Part shown: positions 54,531 through 64,000 of the stretch, in pieces
Layout of the letters: each line of letters starts with the position of its first letter
Position numbering within the stretch: the first letter of the stretch is position 1
Source: Octopus vulgaris
Taxonomy: Eukaryota
Length of the DNA stretch: 64,000 nucleotides
Reading direction: 5' to 3'
NCBI GenBank assembly: GCA_951406725.2
Contig: OX597825.1
Span: 5,704,001 to 5,768,000 of the forward strand
Program-made: the position numbers and the translations under genes
The notes under the pieces: model-generated
Seen by the model: the letters and a program-made list of their open reading frames with translations, nothing else
The model's database searches: none
Told to the model about the DNA's origin: nothing

Positions 54531-55142
54531 TTAAGCATCACCGCTTCCTATACTATCGCTTTCCGGGGTGGAGGAGCAGCTGTCGTGTAAATAAGAGTCG
54601 TTATCATCTTCTTCTTCCTCTTCTCCTAAATGGCGCTCGTCGTTCTCATCTGGACTTTCCTGAATAGGGTCCAAGTTAGACATAGCCGATATCGTCCTTT
54701 GTCGCTTACAACGTTGGGGCAAAGATTTTGGTTTCCGTTTCGACTTCGCCTTAGTTTTCGTTTTCGAGCTGAGAAAACGCATGATGGATGTAAGAATTCC
54801 TTTGGCACCATTAATGGACGAATCTGTCCTGTCGCTGCCGGATTTGTCCGACTTTCGGTTGCATCCCGGAATCTGCTTAGCATCCATGTTTGGCATTGAT
54901 GTCGACATAGGTCCACATCGACGTCCGTACATCTTGGAATCGCAGAGAACTGGTAGTGACTTGGAACCGTCAGCCTTGACGATGTAACTGTAAGTAAATC
55001 CATGACGGTCCTTCAGGGTCACTTGATACGCCTTGCCTGGTTGCAATTTGAACTCCTCGTTTAATTTCCCGTTCTTGTTGTTTCTACCTTTGTTCTGGTT
55101 AGAAACAAACGGCATATAGCCACGTGTAGCGTTAGGAAACAT
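54531..55142 (-). CDS. Uncharacterised intronless 203-aa protein with a basic patch, RxRxxS and LxxIxE motifs and an acidic C-terminus
   Basis: Only long ORF here with non-repetitive composition. ATG lies in an A-rich context (TTCAACAATG), the stop is TAA, GC is raised relative to the flanks, and the surrounding region lacks SINEs. No family recognised. Confidence 0.7.
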   Translation of the reverse strand: MFPNATRGYMPFVSNQNKGRNNKNGKLNEEFKLQPGKAYQVTLKDRHGFTYSYIVKADGSKSLPVLCDSKMYGRRCGPMSTSMPNMDAKQIPGCNRKSDKSGSDRTDSSINGAKGILTSIMRFLSSKTKTKAKSKRKPKSLPQRCKRQRTISAMSNLDPIQESPDENDERHLGEEEEEDDNDSYLHDSCSSTPESDSIGSGDA

Positions 55143-55484
55143 TGTTGAATTTCCTTGTTAAATTAAATAAAATATATATCTGTCTGTATATATATTATAT
55201 AGAGTAGAATATATATATATATACCTGTATGTGTGTATATATATATATGTTTTGTAGTAAGTCTTGATTAGCTGTAATTATCTCGTGGATAATGCTTCTT
55301 TGACACACTAGCAGTTGTAATGGTAGTCACTCACTGATACAATTATTTGATTTTAATTAATCAAATAAATATATTTTGTTTTTTATGACTGTAGTTGATT
55401 GTTGATGATAATGAAGACGTTTTGGAAATTATAAAAGATTATATCCAAAGTAGTGGAATAGAATGTTTAAAAGCCAAGTCTGGA

Positions 55485-55935
55485 GCAGAACTGAAATAGT
55501 TGTTTCTCGAAGGCCTGGCAGTAAGTCTAATGTTCAACGATCGCACCTACAGAACATAAATTGAATCGGACCAATAAGGCTGCGTTGGCACAGATTCAAT
55601 TGACGTCTGTCTGACAACAATTTAGAACATTCCAGATAGGGGTGGAAGGTTGTAACTACTAACAAGCTCTAGCGGATAAATTTCTTGTCTAATAAAGTCA
55701 CAAAATCGCAGGAAACTTATTGAACACTTTCCAATAATGTTGGAAAATATTTTTATAAGATTTAAAACTGACTTTTCTGTTAATAAATTAAAAGTATGGC
55801 TGGTATTTTTCCATGAAACACTAAGTTGCTTTCACCATAATAGAAGTGGACTCACCTAGATAATAAATATTCATGAGCTCCAAGGCTTCGCGCGAATATT
55901 TCCCTCCCATACAATCGCAGGTCACATGACTGTGT
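55485..55935 (-). promoter_or_regulatory. Putative promoter of the 203-aa gene
   Basis: Inr-like TCAGTT (55489-55494, minus), CCAAT (55571-55575), CRE-like TGACGTCT (55601-55608), HSE-like TTTCTCGAAG (55503-55512) and AGAACATTCCAGA (55624-55636), and E-box GTCACATGAC (55921-55930). Motif matches only. Confidence 0.4.
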
Positions 55936-56866
55936 ATATTAATGGAATAAGCACAATAGACTGGTCTATTTTTCTGTAGGGTTGCATAGCTGCATTGGAA
56001 TTGATGTTCTTCGATCTGGTGAGAAAACCTTTAAGATTATCGGAAAACAAACGATTAAATTAATATTATCTCAATTCAATAAATACTAAAGGTATATTTT
56101 TAGGGGCGAACTATCAAATAAAAATACCCTCCTTAACTAGCCATGGACCCTTGAAATGCAGCCCGCCATGTCTTTACTTCAATGGAAAAATGTTGTAGTA
56201 GAATGGACCAATGAAAATGCTTTTTTTACAGATGCGTACTACGCTTAACGTGAACGCTATTGTTAACAAAATTTAGGGTGAACTATTGAAGTAACCCCCC
56301 CCCCCCCCTACGCCAAATATTATCAATAAAGTATAATCTACAAATACTCTATTCTACCTGCATGTGATGTGTGTATATACGCATATACATTCATATATAC
56401 ATACTCACATATATGTAGACACACACACACACATACATATATACATTCATACATACATACATACATAAACACGTACGTACATATATATACATACACGCAT
56501 ACCATACGCACATATGGATGTAACACATATACGCACATATATATACATATCTATACATGCGTACACACATACATATACATCGAGACACGCACACATGTAT
56601 GTATATGTATGTTTATAAAATAGCTATTATTAATTTAAATGTGTGTATGTACGTTATATACAGCATACTAATGCGTGTATAAACGCTGTTGTATAAGTGC
56701 TTATGTTTCTTAACTTTCTGTCGTATAATATATATACACACGCGCATGTTTGTATATACATACGCAATATATGAATATTGTGTGTATATATATATATATA
56801 TATATAAATAATCATATTGTTTATGCATGATATATATATATATATATATGTGTGTATGTATGTATG

Positions 56867-56911
<45 letters not shown>

Positions 56912-56922
56912 ATGTATGTATG

Positions 56923-57046
<124 letters not shown>

Positions 57047-57179
57047 ATGTATGTATGTATATATGTATGTATATAACAGATGGAGGTGGAAAGAGCACAG
57101 AAGTAAGCCCAAGACATTTCAATTTAAGAAGGAATTTAATAAAATTGATTTTTAAAATAGTTGCTGCAGATTTAAAACA

Positions 57180-57220
<41 letters not shown>

Positions 57221-57655
57221 TACATACATATATATATATATATACTCATATACATATATATACACACACGCACACACACATATATATATATATACGTATA
57301 TGGAGAAAGGGAGATATATACACACATGCGTATGCATGTACGTATAAATGTTTTAAGTGTAAAAAATATACATCTGTATATACATGCGTGTGTATGCTGA
57401 CTGAACATTTTTGTGTAAAAACACACAAGCACTGTCTATCTTCCTATCTATCTATCTATCTATTTACATATTTATTTATTTATATTTACATACATATATA
57501 CATATATATCAATATATATATATACATATATGTATGTGTATATACATATATATATATATAGAGAGAGAGAGAGGGATAGAGAGGGGAACAGAGCGTGTGT
57601 GTGTATATGATATATATATATATATAAATTACATACACATACATATATATTACAT

Positions 57656-57695
<40 letters not shown>

Positions 57696-58257
57696 TTATA
57701 CACACATGTATGCACACATGTGGTAGAGAGTTAACACGTCGCAAAAGAAATACTTAACTATCGACAACTACACACACACACACACACACACACACATGAA
57801 GAGAGAAACAGACAGATGGACAGTCAGACAGACTAACAGACAGACAGACAGACAGACAGGCTGACTGCCTGACAGACAGACAAATTGCCAGAGGGGGGTA
57901 GGGTAAACATTTACGTCCACAATAATACACAAAGTCACATGTGTTGGATTGCGTGGGCGAAATTTAACAAAATAAATCGCAATATTTACTAACAAACCAA
58001 GTTAATAATAAGATAATCTCCCAAAATGTGTGACTTGTTGTTGTTGTTGTTGTTGTTGATGATGTGGTTGTTGCTGTTGTTGTTGTTGTTGTTGATGATG
58101 TGGTTGTGATCGTTGGTGTGTTTCTTGTATAGGAAGGGAGGGGGACCATTTGAAAAGAAATTTCTCTTTGCTCGTTTGAAAACTTCACAAAATCGAAAAC
58201 CGTTACGCCGTGAGTTTGCGCGTGTGGTTGTAGGTGAATATTGTATACATACATACA

Positions 58258-58289
<32 letters not shown>

Positions 58290-58362
58290 CATATGTATAA
58301 TGCGTGTGTGTTTCTGCGTATGTGTATATATATATATGTGTGTGTGTGTATATATATATACA

Positions 58363-58410
<48 letters not shown>

Positions 58411-58411
58411 C

Positions 58412-58481
<70 letters not shown>

Positions 58482-59348
58482 TTATCTCTATATTATATAT
58501 ATATACGTTATATTATAATATACATTATATTATACTATATTATATCATATATTATACATATATACTTATATATATATATATACGTTTGTATGTATATGTA
58601 GATATATATTTATATATATATGTATATATACATATGTTTATATATATGTGTGTCTGTGTTTTGTTTACAATATATGTAGTTTATATAAATCTATATATAA
58701 ATGTGTAAATATATCTTTATACGTATATATAAATATTTTTGGTTTCAGAATTACAACTATTTAGCGGTTTGAGTTTGGCTGCTCTTTTTAGTGAGTCGAA
58801 TGGCCTATCAGGGCCATTCCTTAATATTGTTGAAATTATATATAAATATATATATAAAATATATATGCTTATATATCTGAGTGTTTGTGTATGTGTGTGT
58901 ACGTGTGCATATGTGTGTGTGTGCGTGTGTTTGTGTGTGTTCGCATGCATGTATGTATGTGATATCGTGTCCAGAAAGTGGTTCGGAGAAGATCACTGGG
59001 TTTACGGTTTCAAGTTCTCCTTTACTGGCAGGCCCCTGCACGCCACCGACTCCGACCAAGAGAGGAAGACAGAGAGAGAGAGAGAAAGAGAGTGAGTGAG
59101 TGAGTGAAATTGAGAGAGAGAGAGAGGGAGAAATAAGAGGGAGGCTGGTAATCGATTCCAATACTTGATCGATACTTTATTCATCGATCCCATAAAATAA
59201 TGACAAGTTTGTATGTTGTTAAGACAAGTCTTCTAAGGCGTTTCGAACTCGCACCTGTACTTTGTCACACACAAACATAAACACACACTCTCCCTCCCTC
59301 TCTTTCCCTCTCTTTCTTGCACACACACAGAGACACACACACACCTTC

Positions 59349-59401
<53 letters not shown>

Positions 59402-59576
59402 CTTACTCACACACACAAATGTGCGCACGTAATTTTCGCTGTTTGGACATGGGTGGGGTTGTCTGTTCTTGGTCATTTTGAACATCCCAAATTTTATCTG
59501 ACACCCTAATTATTTTAGTGGGAAGGGGGCAGAATCATTAGAGCGTTTCAAAAAAATGTCAGCGCCTCAATTCAAA

Positions 59577-59774
59577 GGCGTTGATGTGTGAAAAGAAGTT
59601 TGCTTCCCAACCACTGGGTTCCGGGTTCAGTCTCACTGGGTGACATCTTGGGCACGTGTCTTCTACTATAAGCATCGGGTTGACCAAAGCCTTGTGAATG
59701 TATTTGGTAGACGGAAACTGAAAGAAGCCTGTCATGTATATGTATGTATGTATGAATGTATGTATGTATATATA

Positions 59775-59822
<48 letters not shown>

Positions 59823-59891
59823 TTAATAAATAAAACATATGCATACATACATACATATATGTACATACCTACATTTATATGTATATATACA

Positions 59892-59949
<58 letters not shown>

Positions 59950-60375
59950 TACAGGACACCACAAATAAACGTAGAACACAACGAGAAACGAAAACATAAA
60001 ATCAAACAAGGAAACGGACTTTTTTTAATAACGAAAAAACAGAGTACAAGACAAACAATACAAGGAATATTCCCCTTCATCAGCTGCCCCTGGTTCGACT
60101 CAATGCGTGTTTCGAAAGTTATATATATATGTGTGTGTGTTGTGTGTGTGTGTGTATGTGTGTGAGTTTATTTCTGACTGTGTTTGCTTCCCATCACTGT
60201 TAGATGTGTTTATGTACCAGTAACCTGGCGGTTCGGCAAAAGGGCCCGATGGAATAAGTAGTAGCAGGCTTTAAAAGAAAGCTAATACTGGGATCGATTC
60301 ATTCGACTAAGGTTCTTCATGGTGGTGCCCCAGCATGGCCGCAGTCTAATAACTGAAACAAGTATGAGAACTAAA
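59577..60375 (+). mobile_element. Bipartite SINE family B (5' part 59577-59735, 3' part 60165-60375) with a nested insertion
   Basis: As above. A minus-strand copy spans 60560-61242. Isolated halves lie at 22040-22190, 24215-24305, 37060-37135 and 63860-64000. Confidence 0.8.
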
Positions 60376-60737
60376 AGAAAGTAATATCCACGTCGTCGTC
60401 GTCGTCGTTGTGATTATTATTGCTGTTGTTGTTGTTGATGTTGTTGTTGTTCTACCCTAGTTTAACCCTTGCAAAAGAAGTCCTATGATGCGCCCGCGAC
60501 CGGTTGGACAACACACGGCTCCATCTTTAGAAGGATACCCTGTCTCAGCGGAGAACCATTATTATGCTATTCTTTTATCTGTTTCAGTCATTTGACTGCG
60601 GCCATGCTGTAGCACCGCCTTTAGTCGAACAAATCGACCCCAGGGCTTAATCTTTGTAAGCATAGTGCTTATTTTATCGATCTCTTTTGTCAGGCGATGG
60701 TGGGGGGATGACAAACACACACACAAACACATATATA

Positions 60738-60955
60738 TAATGGTAAATCCCAAAAAGCGAAGAACAAACACAAGAAAAAAAAACAACGCGAGGACGTGTT
60801 ACATGTAAAGTATTAGCAGACGCTCAGGGAAGGAAAGAAAGGCGGTTTTACGTTTCGAGCAGAGCTCTTCTTCAGAAACAGGAGACAGAGGAAAGTCCAA
60901 TAGAAAAGGAAGACGGAGGGAAAAAATCGCTAACGATTCACATGTGGTTACGTTA
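60738..60955 (-). mobile_element. PLE-like non-autonomous element carrying a hammerhead
   Basis: Lies between (TA)n tracts. Its 3' part is homologous to 42545-42637 (TTCC-TGAGCGTC..CACGTCCTCGCGTTGTT). Looser relatives occur at 6940-7125, 37800-37872 and 1-50. Confidence 0.6.
60845..60879 (-). ncRNA. Minimal type I hammerhead ribozyme motif
   Basis: Minus strand reads GTTT CTGAAGA A GAGC TCT GCTC GAAAC GTA AAAC. Stem I GTTT/AAAC, stem II GAGC/GCTC, GUA cleavage triplet. Confidence 0.7.
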
Positions 60956-61132
60956 TATATATATATATGCCCGAAATGGTCGTGACTTCTGGAACTTGAC
61001 TGAGGAAAAAAGTCTCGAATGACCCTTCCTTTTTTTTTCCGGCCTGTCCTTCTAATTGTCGTTTCTCTTGTCCGCCTTTTTATCGTCTATCTGTCCGAAT
61101 GTTTTAATGTCCTCTATTGCGTTTTTTGTTCC

Positions 61133-61198
<66 letters not shown>

Positions 61199-61247
61199 GT
61201 CAGGCTTCTTTCAGTTTCCGTCTACCAAATTCATTCACAAGGATTAT

Positions 61248-61671
<424 letters not shown>

Positions 61672-61960
61672 GGATTATACCCTATTTAAGCTGTGCTCTG
61701 GTGTCAATAAACAAATACTATAGGCCCGCGAGGCTTTATAATGTTGCTAAGACAACTTTGGGTGCAGTTTCATTTTCTAGTTATTGTACTTTCACCACAG
61801 TCCAGTTTTTACCTGTGCAACTGTAGATATGTAGATACTGCCCACTCCAGCATGCAGTGGTTTAACTGTAGAATGTAAAACCGGAAAAAAAAGGCCACTA
61901 AGCATTTTGTCCGGCTTGTACACAACAATAACAATAATGATGATGATGATAATCATAATG

Positions 61961-62017
<57 letters not shown>

Positions 62018-62487
62018 CTTTCTACTAAGGGGGAGACGTTACAAATTTTATTGACAACGGGAAGATGAAAGGCAAAGTTGTGACCTCAGCGGAATTTGAA
62101 CTGAGAACGGTGAGACGGCGTGTTAACGATTCTGCCAGATTGTCGCCTTAACAACAAATAACGATAATAACGCACGGTTTTGTTGAGACTTATCGAATTA
62201 TTCGGACCCCAGTTTATAACAGGGGTTTATTCATCGATCTTTACACGTTCAAAAAAAGCAAAAGGTATGTGTGTGAATGTGTGTGTGTATCCAGTCTTTA
62301 TACACACAGACAGATGTGTTTGTGTGTGTGTGTGCGTGTGTGTATCTGTGTGTGTGCGCCTGTGTGTGTGTCCAGTCGTCAAGTATGAAATTCTATGTAC
62401 CATGAATTATCTTAATTCCGAACATGTGCTTTACATTTGGGTAGCGTCTGTAAACACTGTCCACCTCTCTACCATTCTCTGTCTCTT

Positions 62488-62525
<38 letters not shown>

Positions 62526-62748
62526 ACTCCTCTGTCTCTCTCTTCTTTCTCTGTCTCTCTCTCTCTGTATTACACTCTCTTATTCTCTCTCTCTTTCTCT
62601 CTCTCTACCTCATAAAAATGCGTGCGTGTGGGTGGCTACTGTGGGTACTCACAATACAGAGACGCATTTACAAACGTAGACAAGTGTGTGTGTGTATGTA
62701 TATATGTTTATATATACACGTATTCATCAAACTATAAGCACACACATG

Positions 62749-62788
<40 letters not shown>

Positions 62789-62968
62789 AACACACACATA
62801 CACACACACACATATATACACACAAACACACACATATATATATACACGAACATACACACACAAATATATATATATACACACACATATATATATACATGCA
62901 CACACATATATATATATATATATACACAACACACACACACATATATATATATACGCACACACACACAC

Positions 62969-63020
<52 letters not shown>

Positions 63021-63278
63021 CTATCCGTTGGTGTCTCTCTCTTCCATTGTCTTCTCTATCTGTCTGCCAAGCAAATGCGTGTGTGCAGTTTTCATCAAAC
63101 CTCGTGACTCTCTAACCACTCCTGCTACCACCACTGTCTGTACTACTCTCACTGCCGCCCTTTCTAACTGAATGCAAGCGTAGTAGCTGATTTACACGTT
63201 CGCGCTGAACAAGTCGCACACACAGACACAGAACCGAGACGGACTTACAGGCACACAGACACACTGACATACTGACAC

Positions 63279-63318
<40 letters not shown>

Positions 63319-64000
63319 CCCGCTCTCTCCTTCTCACACGCACACAGACAATACACACACACACACATAAAGCACACACGCATTCACAATACGCATGTGT
63401 ACCAAAACCGCGCGCAAAACATTCACAGAATTGTAGAGTTTTGTTTATATTTTTCATTTGGTTCCTTTTTTTTTTTCAAAGAAAACACGAAATAAGGAAA
63501 GATCTAAGCCCTTCCACTACCCCTTTCCTCCTTCACATACACACAGACACACACACACACACTCATATACATACATACATGCACACACATAGACACACAC
63601 GCAACAGCTAACGCGGGAGTTCTTATGTGCTTGCTCGACCAGCTCGCTAGAAATAACAGCAAAAATACTCTTTCGGTCGCTGAAAGAAATTTCACAATGA
63701 CGAACAAGGTTGTATGAAGGGCCCAGAATCGAGGGAGGTGCCTGTTAAAATTCAACGGGCTGCACGTTTTTCTTTTCCGGGTGGTGGGGCAACTGGCCCG
63801 TAAGATGTGAATATTTTACGGGTCACTCTTTGGCGCACTGGCCGCTCCACTAATAAATGTGGTTATGAGGAAAGAAGCTTTCTTCCCGACCACATGGTTC
63901 TGGGTTCAGTCCCACTGCATCGCATCTTGAACAAGTATCTTCTACTATAAACTGGGGCCGATCAAAGCCTTGTAAGTGCATGTCATCGATGGAAACTAAA

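Noticed and set aside
54531-55142. Assignment of the 203-aa protein to the Bearded/E(spl)m4 family
   Set aside because: It has a basic amphipathic stretch but lacks the NxxNExL motif, so no gene symbol is assigned.

Overview
This is AT-rich, microsatellite-dense animal genomic DNA. The SINE complement suggests an octopus or other coleoid cephalopod (inference from repeat recognition, not a database result). Almost all ORFs in the supplied track are translations of microsatellites. I can support one probable host gene: an intronless 203-aa ORF at 54531-55142 (minus). It lies in a ~16-kb SINE-free island and may have a ~11-kb 3' UTR ending near 43.4 kb. The rest consists of several tRNA-derived SINE families, fragments of R4/Dong-, Tx1-, CR1- and RTE-like LINEs, a DD36E Tc1 fragment, MITEs and two minisatellite arrays. 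The strongest unexplained signal is a set of short non-coding elements carrying minimal type I hammerhead-ribozyme motifs, mostly inserted in (TA)n tracts and often with inverted duplications typical of Penelope-like elements (PLEs). One family, present twice (40438-40904 and 61248-61671), joins a tRNA-like Pol III head, a (TAA)n spacer and a hammerhead. It also has an upstream inverted arm, a fixed 3' tail and target-site duplications, which makes it a candidate PLE-mobilised, ribozyme-bearing SINE. All folding and alignment was done by eye, and repeat boundaries are approximate.
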